In this document: positions 54,831 to 64,000 of the stretch, piece after piece
How positions within the stretch are numbered: the stretch's first letter is position 1
Layout: each line of letters begins with the position of its first letter
Translations under genes and position numbers: made by a program
The notes under the pieces: generated by a model
Seen by the model: the letters and a program-made list of their open reading frames with translations, nothing else
Told to the model about the DNA's origin: nothing
Databases searched by the model: none
Assembly: GCA_028711505.1 (NCBI GenBank)
Contig: JAQTSC010000003.1
Span: 9,397-73,396, forward strand
Direction of reading: 5' to 3'
DNA: 64,000 nucleotides
From: Minisyncoccota bacterium
GTDB lineage: Bacteria > Patescibacteriota > Minisyncoccia > JAHISW01 > Tagabacteraceae

Positions 54831-55934
54831 ATGATTGTTTTAATGATAAGCACGGACAGAAATATTTTTGATAAAGATTCCGGAGTCAGAAACCGGATGA
54901 TTGAATATGGGGGGCTTATCGATGAATTGAATATAATCGTTTTCTCTCGAGGGGAGAAATTAGGAAAACAAACTTTCGGCAATGTTTCTGTTTATCCGAC
55001 GAATTCAAAGAGCCGATGGTTTTATGTTTTTGACGCGATAAAGACCGGAAAGAAAATTAAAAAACCGGATTTGATAACTTCTCAGGACGCTTTTGAGTGC
55101 GGATTGGCGGGTTGGCGGCTCTCGAAATATTTTAATACCAAGCTGCAGCTGCAAATTCACTCGGATTTTTTAAGCCCGTATTTTCGCAAGGAGTCGCTTT
55201 TAAACCAAGCACGGGTTTTTATAGCCGAATTTTTGATTTCTCGGGCTTGCTGCGCGCGCGCCGTAAGCCGCCGCATAAAAGAATCGCTCAAATTAAAATT
55301 TAAGAATGAAAATTTAAGGATAGAAACAATCCCTGTTTTTGTCGACGTCCAGAAAATTAAAGACGCGGAGATTAGAATTGATATTCGCAAAAAATATCCT
55401 CAATTTGATTTTGTGATTTTGATGGCAAGCAGGTTCAGCCGGGAAAAGAATATCGGGCTTGCCATAGACACAATGGCTGAGGTCGTAAAAAAGCATCCGA
55501 AAACAGGTTTGGTCATTGTCGGCAGAGGTCCCGAAGAAAATAATTTAAAATCCAAAATTAAAAGTTTAAATTTAGCGGATAGCGTCGTTTTAGAGCCGTG
55601 GTCGGATGATTTGGTTTCTTATTATAAAACAGCGGATTTATTCTTGCTTACGTCGAATTATGAGGGTTATGGAATGTCGGTTCTGGAGGCAATGTCTTCC
55701 GGATGCCCTGTTTTGATGACAGATGTCGGGTTGGCGGGCGAGGTTTTGATAAACGGGGAAAACGGGGTTGTTATTTCGCCGGGAGATAAAAAAGCTTTGG
55801 TTTCTGCCGTGGATAATTTAATTTCCGACAGAAGCGTTTTGGAAAATTTTAAGAGAAGTTTTATCGCGACGGATTTCAAAAGCAAGAAAGATTATCTTAG
55901 CGCTTATAAAAAATCATGGGAAAATTGCCAGTAA
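54831..55934 (+). CDS. Glycosyltransferase family 4
   Basis: SRF..EKN, IVG.GP, TS.YEGYGM..LEA, TDVG. Confidence 0.9.
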   Translation: MIVLMISTDRNIFDKDSGVRNRMIEYGGLIDELNIIVFSRGEKLGKQTFGNVSVYPTNSKSRWFYVFDAIKTGKKIKKPDLITSQDAFECGLAGWRLSKYFNTKLQLQIHSDFLSPYFRKESLLNQARVFIAEFLISRACCARAVSRRIKESLKLKFKNENLRIETIPVFVDVQKIKDAEIRIDIRKKYPQFDFVILMASRFSREKNIGLAIDTMAEVVKKHPKTGLVIVGRGPEENNLKSKIKSLNLADSVVLEPWSDDLVSYYKTADLFLLTSNYEGYGMSVLEAMSSGCPVLMTDVGLAGEVLINGENGVVISPGDKKALVSAVDNLISDRSVLENFKRSFIATDFKSKKDYLSAYKKSWENCQ

Positions 55935-56983
55935 AAAATCTTTTGTTTATAACTCAAAAGATGGATAAAAACGACGATTTGCTCGGGGTCTATCATGAAT
56001 GGATAAAACAGTTTGCCGGAGAATTTGATTTTGTAAGCGTAATTTGTCTGGAAAAAGGAGAATACGACCTGCTCCCAAACGTAAAAGTTTTTTCTCTTGG
56101 AAAAGAGAGCGGCCGTTCGCGGTTAAAATATATTGTTAATTTTTACAAATACATATGGTCGCTTCGCAATAATTACGACGCGGTTTTGGTTCATATGAAT
56201 AAGGAATATGTTATTTTAGGATGGAAATTTTGGCGGTTGTCCGGAAAGAAAATATTTTTGTGGCATAACCATGCCAAAGGCGGATTTTTTGTGCGTCTAG
56301 CGGTTGTTTTATCGGATAAAGTTTTTTATACGTCATCCGATTCTTTTACCGCGAGATTCAAAAAATCGCGAAAAATGCCTGCCGGGCTTGATACGGAAAA
56401 ATTTAAGCCTTCCGGTTTTGAACCTCACTCTTCGGGTTTTAAGATATTAAGCCTTGGAAGGATATCGCCGGTTAAAAAAACGGAGGTGCTAATTAAAGCG
56501 GCTGAAATTTTGGATAAAAGAGGCGGAGATTTTATTTTGGATATCGCAGGCTCCGCTCCTGAACGCGATGTGCTCTATTTTAATAAGATAAAAAAGGAAG
56601 CCGCCGTTCTTGAGCAGAAAGGGAAGCTGAAATTTTTAGGAAGCGTCAAAAACAGCGTTGCCTCTGATTTGTACGGGAATCATGATGTTTTTGTAAATCT
56701 TACTCCTGCGGGCAGTTTTGATAAAACCGTGATAGAAGCGGCGCTTTGCGGAACTTTGGTCTTGGCCTGCAATAAGGCGTTCGAGCCGCTTCTTACGGAA
56801 GAGTTTCTGTTTAAAGAAGGAGATTCCGCTGATTTGGCGGAAAAGCTTCAAAATGTTTTCGAGCTTATAAGAAGCAACCCCGGACGAGCTGAAAAAATAA
56901 AAAAACGTATGCGCGCCGGCGCGGCCGAAAATCACGGTTTGGATATTTTGATTAAAAAATTAATTGGAAATTTCAATGAATAA
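55916..56983 (+). CDS. Glycosyltransferase family 4
   Basis: LGRISPVK, GSFDK..IEA..CG. Confidence 0.88.
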   Translation: MGKLPVKNLLFITQKMDKNDDLLGVYHEWIKQFAGEFDFVSVICLEKGEYDLLPNVKVFSLGKESGRSRLKYIVNFYKYIWSLRNNYDAVLVHMNKEYVILGWKFWRLSGKKIFLWHNHAKGGFFVRLAVVLSDKVFYTSSDSFTARFKKSRKMPAGLDTEKFKPSGFEPHSSGFKILSLGRISPVKKTEVLIKAAEILDKRGGDFILDIAGSAPERDVLYFNKIKKEAAVLEQKGKLKFLGSVKNSVASDLYGNHDVFVNLTPAGSFDKTVIEAALCGTLVLACNKAFEPLLTEEFLFKEGDSADLAEKLQNVFELIRSNPGRAEKIKKRMRAGAAENHGLDILIKKLIGNFNE

Positions 56984-57641
56984 ATTTGCAGATTTGATGA
57001 AAGAGACAATGAAAGGGAAATCTCTCTACAGAATTCTTTTCAATTGGAAAGTGTCCGAAATTTGCGTCGGGCAAACCGGCGTGTGTTTGGAGCTGGCTTC
57101 CGGTAAAAAACCGGCAAGTTATTACAGGTATTGGAAAATAAACTCCCAAGAGATTATCCGAGTTGATATAAATCCCGAGGCGAAACCGGACATAATTGCC
57201 GATTTGAACGAAACGCTGCCTTTTTCTGACGATTATGCCGATAATGTTTTTCTTTTTAATTCTCTTTATCTTTTAAATAAGCCGGAAGAATTTGTCGGAG
57301 AAGTTTTTAGAGTTTTAAAGAAAGGCGGCAGATTTTTTATTACCGCCGAATTTATAAAATCGGAAGAAACAAACGCCAATGATATCGGGAGATTTACTTC
57401 AAGGCGTCTTAGAAGAATTTTTAACGCAGCCGGTTTTTCAAAAATTGAGATAGTTCCGGTGGGCGAGAGATTTTCAGCCGTAGGCAATTTTTTTGATTTC
57501 ACTTTCGGGCACAGTGCCGTCGCCAATTTTTTTAAAATTTTCTTACGGCTATTTTTTCTCGCCTTAGACGTCCTTATGCCTAAAAAAGTTATGGTCAATT
57601 ATCCCTGTCCTATCTCGTGGATAGTTATCGGAGAAAAATAG
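56976..57641 (+). CDS. Class I SAM-dependent methyltransferase
   Basis: LELASG, VDI...PDIIADL...LPF.D, E..RVLK.GG. Confidence 0.82.
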   Translation: MNKFADLMKETMKGKSLYRILFNWKVSEICVGQTGVCLELASGKKPASYYRYWKINSQEIIRVDINPEAKPDIIADLNETLPFSDDYADNVFLFNSLYLLNKPEEFVGEVFRVLKKGGRFFITAEFIKSEETNANDIGRFTSRRLRRIFNAAGFSKIEIVPVGERFSAVGNFFDFTFGHSAVANFFKIFLRLFFLALDVLMPKKVMVNYPCPISWIVIGEK

Positions 57642-57650
57642 CTTAGTCCG

Positions 57651-57677
57651 AAAACCCGTTGAAAAAACGGGTTTTTT
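57651..57677 (+). terminator. Terminator-like hairpin inside the glycan locus
   Basis: AAAACCCGTT/AACGGGTTTT stem. Confidence 0.55.
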
Positions 57678-57694
57678 ATCGTATATTTAAAAAA

Positions 57695-58489
57695 ATGCTT
57701 AAAGAGCGCACAAAGGATTTTTTTTATTTTTTCTTGAACGTTTTGGCGCGTTTTGCCGTCTTTTTTGTCCGTTCTCCTCGCGCGAGTATTTTGATGTACC
57801 ATTCTATTTCCGATAACGGGGTCTTTTTTACGGTTAAGCCGAAAGATTTTGAAAAACAAACCGAGTATCTGAAAAGCTTCGGCTTTAAAATTATTTCTTT
57901 GGCAGAGATGGTTGAAGCGATAAAAAGCCGAAACTTAAAGGACAAAAGCGTTGTTTTAACTTTCGACGACGGATATAAGGATAATTATAAAAACGCCTGG
58001 CCTGTTCTTAAAAAATACGGGTTTCCGGCGGTTATTTTTTTGGCAAGCGATTTTACGGGAAAAAATTTCACCGTCTCATCCGGACAGCAACTCGAAATTC
58101 TTAATGAAGAAGAGATAAAAGAAATGGCCGAGTTTGGGCTTGTAGAATTCGGGTCGCATACGCGCACGCATCCCCGGCTTGAAAAAATATCAGACGAAGA
58201 ATTTGAAAAAGAAATCCGCGAGTCAAAAGAAGCTTTGGAAAAAATAACAGGCAAAAGATGCAGGTTTTTCTCATATCCTAAGGGATATTTCAGGCCGGCC
58301 TTCGGGGAGATTTTAAAAAGGAACGGATTTGAAGCGGCGGTTTCCGTAAAAGAAGGGCTTGTAAGAAGCGAAGACAATTTATTTTTACTCAGAAGAAATT
58401 TTGTTTATTCGGCCGGCGGTTTTTGCCAGTTTGTCGGCAAATTGGGATACAGCGTACCGATTTACAATTTTTTTAAAAAATTTTTTTGA
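57695..58489 (+). CDS. Polysaccharide deacetylase
   Basis: ILMYHSI, LTFDDGY, FGSHT.TH, FSYP.G. Confidence 0.92.
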   Translation: MLKERTKDFFYFFLNVLARFAVFFVRSPRASILMYHSISDNGVFFTVKPKDFEKQTEYLKSFGFKIISLAEMVEAIKSRNLKDKSVVLTFDDGYKDNYKNAWPVLKKYGFPAVIFLASDFTGKNFTVSSGQQLEILNEEEIKEMAEFGLVEFGSHTRTHPRLEKISDEEFEKEIRESKEALEKITGKRCRFFSYPKGYFRPAFGEILKRNGFEAAVSVKEGLVRSEDNLFLLRRNFVYSAGGFCQFVGKLGYSVPIYNFFKKFF

Positions 58490-58490
58490 C

Positions 58491-59927
58491 ATGAAAGTTG
58501 TTTTGGCTGTTGTTCCGCGGGCAAGCGGTGAAATAGAAAGAGGAGGACTTCCTTTTTTGGGCGTGGGGTACGTGGCTTCAAGCCTTCTTCTTGACGGCCA
58601 TGACGTAAAAATTCTTGACGCTCACACCTTGAGGCTTACTCCGGAAGAGACAGTGCAAAAAATTCTAGAAATGAATCCCGATGTTTTGGGGTTAAGCGGA
58701 AATACGCACAATAGATTTACCGCAATAGAAGTTATTAAATTGGCAAAGAAACAAAAGCCTAACTTGAAAGTTGTTGTCGGAGGCCCTCACTTCGGTCTTA
58801 CGGGGAAAGACGCCTTAAAGACGGTTTCTGAGATTGATTTTGTGGTAAAAGGCGAAGGCGAGCTTACTGCGCGGGAGCTTCTAAAAAGCGGCTTTAAGGA
58901 AGAAAAATTCCCGGGTATTTTGGGGATCGTCTACCGCGACAAAAACAGAAATATTATTGAAAATTCCGACAGGCCATTTGTTCAGAATTTGGACGATCTG
59001 CCGATGCCGGCTTGGCACCTTTTCGATCTTTCCCGATACAAAGGAACTCCCATAGAAAAGACGGGGATGAAAACAATCGGCATTGTGAGTTCGCGCGGAT
59101 GCCCGAACCAGTGCATTTTTTGTTCGGCGCGCGCCTTTCATCGCGGAACGCTTCGTGTGAGAAGCCCGAAAAATTTCGTTGACGAAATTGAATATCTCCA
59201 AAAAAATTACGGCTATGGAGCTTTCAATTTTTGGGACGACACTTTTTCCATGATACCTTCGCGCGCCGCGGAAATTTGCGAAGAAATTTTACGGCGGAAA
59301 CTTAAAATTTCCTGGTACACTCCGTGCCGCGTGAATACGGTGGACAAAAAACTTTTGGCTTTGATGAAAAAAGCCGGATGCGTGCGCGTCAATTTCGGAA
59401 TAGAATCCGGAAGCCCGAAAATTCTGAAAGTGATGAAAAAAGGCATAACCATGGAACAGGCTCGCGCGGCGATAAAAGCCGCGGTTGAGGTCGGGCTGGA
59501 TATAACTCTGAACTTTTTGGTTGTTTATCCTTATGAGACTTGGGAAGACATAAAAATGACTTCTGCCGCCATAAAGGAATTCCGTCAGCTAAAAAACGTA
59601 AAACCGTCTTACAGCTTTATAATAATTTATCCCGGAACGGAGCTTGAAGAAATAGCGAAAAAAGAGAAAGTAATGCCTGAAAATTTTTCATGGAATTCTC
59701 CTTACAAAAACACGAAAAGAATTGCCGCGGGCGAGGACGAGTCGGTACCTTATTTTGAATGGCCCGGCCTTCCTTTTGAAGCAGTAAAGGCTTTTATGAC
59801 GAAAGATCTTTTGGAAAAAAGGGATATTTTTAAAAGATTTTTGAAGAAAGCGGAAAGGGTGCGCAATTTTGACGATGTAAAAGCTATTTTCAAAGTCGGA
59901 ATCGCCTATTTAAAAACAACAAAATAA
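58491..59927 (+). CDS. B12-binding domain radical SAM protein
   Basis: Start MKVVLAV; LG.GYVAS.L, GGPH, GEGE, SSRGCPNQCIFC, GIESG. Confidence 0.92.
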   Translation: MKVVLAVVPRASGEIERGGLPFLGVGYVASSLLLDGHDVKILDAHTLRLTPEETVQKILEMNPDVLGLSGNTHNRFTAIEVIKLAKKQKPNLKVVVGGPHFGLTGKDALKTVSEIDFVVKGEGELTARELLKSGFKEEKFPGILGIVYRDKNRNIIENSDRPFVQNLDDLPMPAWHLFDLSRYKGTPIEKTGMKTIGIVSSRGCPNQCIFCSARAFHRGTLRVRSPKNFVDEIEYLQKNYGYGAFNFWDDTFSMIPSRAAEICEEILRRKLKISWYTPCRVNTVDKKLLALMKKAGCVRVNFGIESGSPKILKVMKKGITMEQARAAIKAAVEVGLDITLNFLVVYPYETWEDIKMTSAAIKEFRQLKNVKPSYSFIIIYPGTELEEIAKKEKVMPENFSWNSPYKNTKRIAAGEDESVPYFEWPGLPFEAVKAFMTKDLLEKRDIFKRFLKKAERVRNFDDVKAIFKVGIAYLKTTK

Positions 59928-59928
59928 A

Positions 59929-61773
59929 ATGTGTGGTATTAGCGGATTCAATTTTAACGACAGGGTACTCTTGAAGAAAATGAATATGGCAGTGGCTCAT
60001 CGGGGCCCTGACAAGGAAGGCGTTTGGAATAACGCGGATTTTTCTTTGGGCCATCGCAGACTTTCAATAATTGATTTGTCTGAAAAAGGAGTACAGCCGA
60101 TGTTTAATGAAAATAAGACCGTCGCGATGGTTTTTAACGGGGAGATTTATAATTACCGCGAACTGAGAGAAGAATTGGAGCGGAAAGGGCACAGGTTTTT
60201 TTCAAACACAGACTCGGAAGCGATAATACATCTATACGAGGAAAAGGGAGAAAGATGCCTCGAACATCTTGATGGCATTTTTTCTTTCGGGATTTATGAT
60301 TTGGAAAAGAAGATTTTTTTCGCCAGCCGCGACCCAATGGGCATAAAACCTTTTTATTATTTTTGCGGCGGAGGAAAATTCATTTTTTCATCCGAAATAA
60401 AAGCGATATTGGAACATCCCGTAAACCGGGAAATCGACAAAAGGGCGTTAAGCTCTTATTTCCATTTGTTTTATCCTTTGGCTCCTCTCACTATCTATAA
60501 AGATATTTTTAAACTCCCGGCCGGGCATTTTTTGATTTACAAAGACGGAGATGTTCGTATTGAGAGATACTGGAAGCCTTCAAATAAAGGGAAGATAACC
60601 GACAAAAATGAAATCAAAAAAATATTGTTTGATTTGACCGAAAAAGCGGTTGAAAAACAAATGATTTCCGACAGGCCGTTGGGTGTTTTTTTAAGCGGGG
60701 GAATAGATTCAACCGCGGTCGCGGCTTTGGCTAAAAAATTCAGCTCCGGAAAATTAAAGACTTTTTCGGTTGGTTTTGAATCTCAAGAAGAAAAAGAAAA
60801 ATATAATTTTGATTTTGAAATGGCAAGACGCGTCAGCCGGGATTTCGGAACCGAGCATCATGAAATTATGATTTCGGGAAAAGACGCTTTGTCCGCGCTG
60901 GAGAAAGTTTCTTGGCATATGGATGAGCCGATTTCAAATCATACGCAGTCTATTACGTATTTGCTTTCGGAAATCGCAAAAAAAGAAGTCGCCGTAGTTT
61001 TGGGCGGCGATGGCGGAGATGAAATTTTTGCCGGATATCCCCGGTATAGATTGAATCTTTTTTTGGACAAATATCAAAAAATTCCAGTTTTTTTGCGCAA
61101 ACAGATTTTAAATAAAATTATAAGCCGCGTTAAAAATCCGGATTTAGCGAGAAAAATTGAGAAGCTGCCTGGAGTGGACAGATACATGCTTTTTATGTCG
61201 CAAAAGGACGAATTTTTAAAACAAGCGATAAAAAGCGAATGGCTGGAGGACAAATGGCATTTTGATAAATTTGAAAAAGATTATTCGCGGCTTTCCGAGT
61301 TTTCTTCTGGAGAAACGCTTATGCTTATGGATTTGGAAAATTGGCTTCCGGAAGAATCTCTTATGCGTACCGATAAAACCACCATGGCATGGGGTCTTGA
61401 AGAAAGAGTTCCTCTGCTTGACAGGCATCTTGTTGAGTTCAGTTTTAAAATTCCGGATTATTACAAAATAAATCGTTCCGGCGGAAAAAAGATTTTTATA
61501 GAAGCGATGGGAAGTCTTTTGCCGGACTACGTGGTTAACGCGCCTAAAAGAGGATGGTTTTCGCCGATGGCCAAATGGCTCAGAAGCGATCTCAAAGAAT
61601 TCGCTTATGAAGTTTTGTCTCCCGGGTATTGTTCCGGCGGGGAAGAGTTTCTTGATTTTGAAGCGGTTAGAAAAATTTTAGACGATCATATTTCTAAAAG
61701 AAAATATAACCTTGCGCTTATCTGGTCCCTGATCACTTTTCAAATGTGGCGCAGGAATTTTATGCGCAAATAA
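59929..61773 (+). CDS. asnB: Asparagine synthase (glutamine-hydrolysing) family amidotransferase
   Basis: MCGI, HRGPD, RRLSIIDL, FNGEIYN, LSGGIDS, GDGGDE.FAGY. Confidence 0.92.
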   Translation: MCGISGFNFNDRVLLKKMNMAVAHRGPDKEGVWNNADFSLGHRRLSIIDLSEKGVQPMFNENKTVAMVFNGEIYNYRELREELERKGHRFFSNTDSEAIIHLYEEKGERCLEHLDGIFSFGIYDLEKKIFFASRDPMGIKPFYYFCGGGKFIFSSEIKAILEHPVNREIDKRALSSYFHLFYPLAPLTIYKDIFKLPAGHFLIYKDGDVRIERYWKPSNKGKITDKNEIKKILFDLTEKAVEKQMISDRPLGVFLSGGIDSTAVAALAKKFSSGKLKTFSVGFESQEEKEKYNFDFEMARRVSRDFGTEHHEIMISGKDALSALEKVSWHMDEPISNHTQSITYLLSEIAKKEVAVVLGGDGGDEIFAGYPRYRLNLFLDKYQKIPVFLRKQILNKIISRVKNPDLARKIEKLPGVDRYMLFMSQKDEFLKQAIKSEWLEDKWHFDKFEKDYSRLSEFSSGETLMLMDLENWLPEESLMRTDKTTMAWGLEERVPLLDRHLVEFSFKIPDYYKINRSGGKKIFIEAMGSLLPDYVVNAPKRGWFSPMAKWLRSDLKEFAYEVLSPGYCSGGEEFLDFEAVRKILDDHISKRKYNLALIWSLITFQMWRRNFMRK

Positions 61774-61774
61774 A

Positions 61775-63490
61775 ATGAATAATAGAAAAATAAAAATTTT
61801 GCTTATATCAATTCTTGCCTTCGCTTTTTTCTTGAGAATAAGCGGCATGTTTTTCGGTTTGCTTTCGGGTGATGTTTATGGCGATGAGATAGGGAATACT
61901 ATTGCCGCTTTCAAAATAATGGAAGCAAAAAGCCCCGTTTTCGTTTTTGGCATGAAGAATTACCTGCCGCCTCTTTTCAGCTATCTTCTGGTCCCGGCGT
62001 ACGGCCTTATTGGAATTTTTGGAATGATTTTCCATGTTTTCGCGAGCATCGCCGATTTTAAGGAATTCGTGATTTTATACAAAGAATGGTTTTTGGCGCC
62101 AAGCAGGATTTTGTCTGCAATTTTCGGTATGGGAACGGTTTATTTGGTTTATCTTTTTGCCAGAAAACTTTTTGATGAAAAAATAGCGCTTTTTTCGGCA
62201 TTTCTTTTGGCTGTGGATTTTCTTCATTTGCATGAATCTCAGATTGGGCACATTTGGTCGCCGATAACTTTTTTTACCGTTTTTTGCGCCTACAGTTTTT
62301 TTAATCTTTATCTCACGGGAGAAAGGAAATGGTATTTTTTTTCCGCCGCGGCTTTGGGATTGGGTTATGCCATAGGGCAGCTCCCGATAATATTTTATCC
62401 ATTTTTCGTTTTAGCTCATTATTTTTACGTCAAAAAAATACGAGAAAAATTTTTAAATAAGAAATTTATTGAAGCCAACATTTGGTTGATTGCATTGCTT
62501 TTCGTATTCACGCTTTTGAATTTCTATACGATTTACAAGCATTTTTACGATGTGATATTGGCTGTTTTAGAGATTGTCGGTTTGGGCGATTTTGCCGTAT
62601 CAATATTTCCGCGGACCATTCCCGGCATCGCGCACAGTTTTTCGCTTGTCGGCAATTGGGTTTATGCGGCTAAGACTTTATTTTACGATTCGCCCGTGTT
62701 TTTTACGGCGGCGTTTTTTGGCGGATTCTTTCTTCTTAAAAAAAATAAATTTAGCGCGCAAAATGTTTTTCTTCTGTTTTTTCCTGTTTATAATCTCATT
62801 GTCTTCTCTTTTTTGTTCTATAATTTTACATACAGGTATGTTTTGCCGCTTGTTCCTTTTATCGCCATTATCGTTTCTTTTTTCGTCTTTTACGCATCCG
62901 ACAATCTTTTTGCCGGAACCAAGAAAGCGTTTGCGTTGCCATTGTTGATGCTTGCGGTATCTTCTTATTCCATGGCGGCCAGCCTGCCATATTCTTTTTT
63001 GCTGACTAAACCTTACACGGTAGATGAAGCGGTTGTCTGGGTTTATGAAAATGTGCCCTCGGGAAATCGCGTGGTTTCCGACGTGTACCTGAATAGCAAC
63101 AGAGAAAGTTTGGAATTTTTGAAAGAATACAATCAATTTAATTGGCTTGATACAAGAAAAAATTATCTTCTCGGCTTGAATGATGCGGAATATCCCCGGC
63201 CGAATTATTTTTTAATTGATACGAATCTAACTGATGTTTTTTCGCTGCCTCAAAAAGAGAAGCGCGCTGATTATGCCCTGGTCTTCTTTTACGAGGAAAA
63301 AGACAAAAAAGAAAAAATAAAAATAGTCGAGACTTTCGGAAAGAGCGAACTTGCGGCGTTTTTTTATCCGAAAGAAGGAGGAGAATTTACAAAAAGTCTG
63401 CTCAACATAAGACCGCATTTTTTCCTCAAAAATATTTTGGAAACGCGGCAAATAGGTCCGAATGTTGAAATCTACAAATTCTTAAAATAA
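61775..63490 (+). CDS. ArnT/PMT-like (GT-C) membrane glycosyltransferase
   Basis: Multiple TM segments, DE motif in the first loop, R.LSA.FG, RY.LP..PF. Confidence 0.82.
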   Translation: MNNRKIKILLISILAFAFFLRISGMFFGLLSGDVYGDEIGNTIAAFKIMEAKSPVFVFGMKNYLPPLFSYLLVPAYGLIGIFGMIFHVFASIADFKEFVILYKEWFLAPSRILSAIFGMGTVYLVYLFARKLFDEKIALFSAFLLAVDFLHLHESQIGHIWSPITFFTVFCAYSFFNLYLTGERKWYFFSAAALGLGYAIGQLPIIFYPFFVLAHYFYVKKIREKFLNKKFIEANIWLIALLFVFTLLNFYTIYKHFYDVILAVLEIVGLGDFAVSIFPRTIPGIAHSFSLVGNWVYAAKTLFYDSPVFFTAAFFGGFFLLKKNKFSAQNVFLLFFPVYNLIVFSFLFYNFTYRYVLPLVPFIAIIVSFFVFYASDNLFAGTKKAFALPLLMLAVSSYSMAASLPYSFLLTKPYTVDEAVVWVYENVPSGNRVVSDVYLNSNRESLEFLKEYNQFNWLDTRKNYLLGLNDAEYPRPNYFLIDTNLTDVFSLPQKEKRADYALVFFYEEKDKKEKIKIVETFGKSELAAFFYPKEGGEFTKSLLNIRPHFFLKNILETRQIGPNVEIYKFLK

Positions 63491-63493
63491 TTT

Positions 63494-64000
63494 ATGTCGG
63501 AAGAAAAAACTATCAAAAATAATGAAATTTCCGGTTCGGCTGTCAAAGACGTGTATTGGGGAGAGTTTTCCGAAGAACTTCTTGATAAAATAATCGGATG
63601 TTATCAATCGGGCCGGTTTGATGATGCGGATGATATTATAAAATCTTTGGATCGGGAAGATTTTATTTTCGGGCTTGGCAGAAGCGATTTTCTTTTTTAT
63701 CTTCCTCTTGGCAAGACAAGCAAAGTTTTAGACGTGGGGTGCGGGCTTGGCGTTCATTCGTTTAACGCGGCTAAAATTGCCGGAGAAGTATACGGCTGCG
63801 ATCTTTCAAAAAAAAGAGTTGATTTTTGTAATTTGAGAAAACAGCGCGAAGAAGTTAAAAATATCAGTTTTTTGCATTCGGATATTGAAAATTTGCCGTT
63901 TGAGTCTGAAACTTTCGATGCAGTAATACTTAACGGAGTCGTTGAATGGCTAGGAGAAAAAAATAAAAATAAAAATCCTCGCGATGACCAGATTGAAGAT
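63494..64000 (+). CDS. Class I SAM-dependent methyltransferase (3' partial)
   Basis: Translated by hand from ATG 63494: VLDVGCGLG, GCDLS, LPFESETFD; runs off the window end. Confidence 0.85.
   Translation, partial: MSEEKTIKNNEISGSAVKDVYWGEFSEELLDKIIGCYQSGRFDDADDIIKSLDREDFIFGLGRSDFLFYLPLGKTSKVLDVGCGLGVHSFNAAKIAGEVYGCDLSKKRVDFCNLRKQREEVKNISFLHSDIENLPFESETFDAVILNGVVEWLGEKNKNKNPRDDQIED

Noticed and set aside
1-64000. Prophage, IS element, integron or rRNA
   Set aside because: No integrase, transposase, phage structural gene, attC array or rRNA signature recognised

Overview
The window looks like chromosome from a reduced-genome bacterium, most likely Patescibacteria/CPR (Parcubacteria-like). 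This is inferred from gene content: a truncated RF2, rplK without rplA behind it, the conserved membrane protein plus VirD4-like ATPase pair, aminoacyl-tRNA synthetases with inserted domains, and housekeeping genes without Shine-Dalgarno (SD) motifs. Core genes include smpB-ssrA, secE-nusG-rpmI-rplT-infC-rplK, argS, ileS, recO, glyS, metG, tatD, prfB, ftsEX, typA, ddl, efp and leuS, plus four intact tRNAs. Short SD-led orphan cassettes sit between them, and a large surface-glycan modification locus runs from about 49.3 kb to the end. The two strongest candidates for new biology are: (1) a GIY-YIG nuclease gene placed between an intact tRNA-Gln and a duplicated tRNA-Gln 5' half split by two 33-nt palindromic inserts, with related mini-palindromes inserted in-frame in tatD and EndoQ, and a second short repeat in leuS and next to tRNA-Ala; (2) a convergent four-gene pyrimidine-nucleotide island (ThyA-like + HIT / cytidylyltransferase + NTase-deaminase fusion) that meets at a perfect 32-bp palindrome. 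Other notable items are a candidate rod-shaped ncRNA at about 2.66-2.84 kb, a PolX lacking its polymerase core, a porin-like beta-barrel protein, and phosphatase and Nudix domains inserted in IleRS and LeuRS. All family calls come from reading motifs by eye; no database searches were run.
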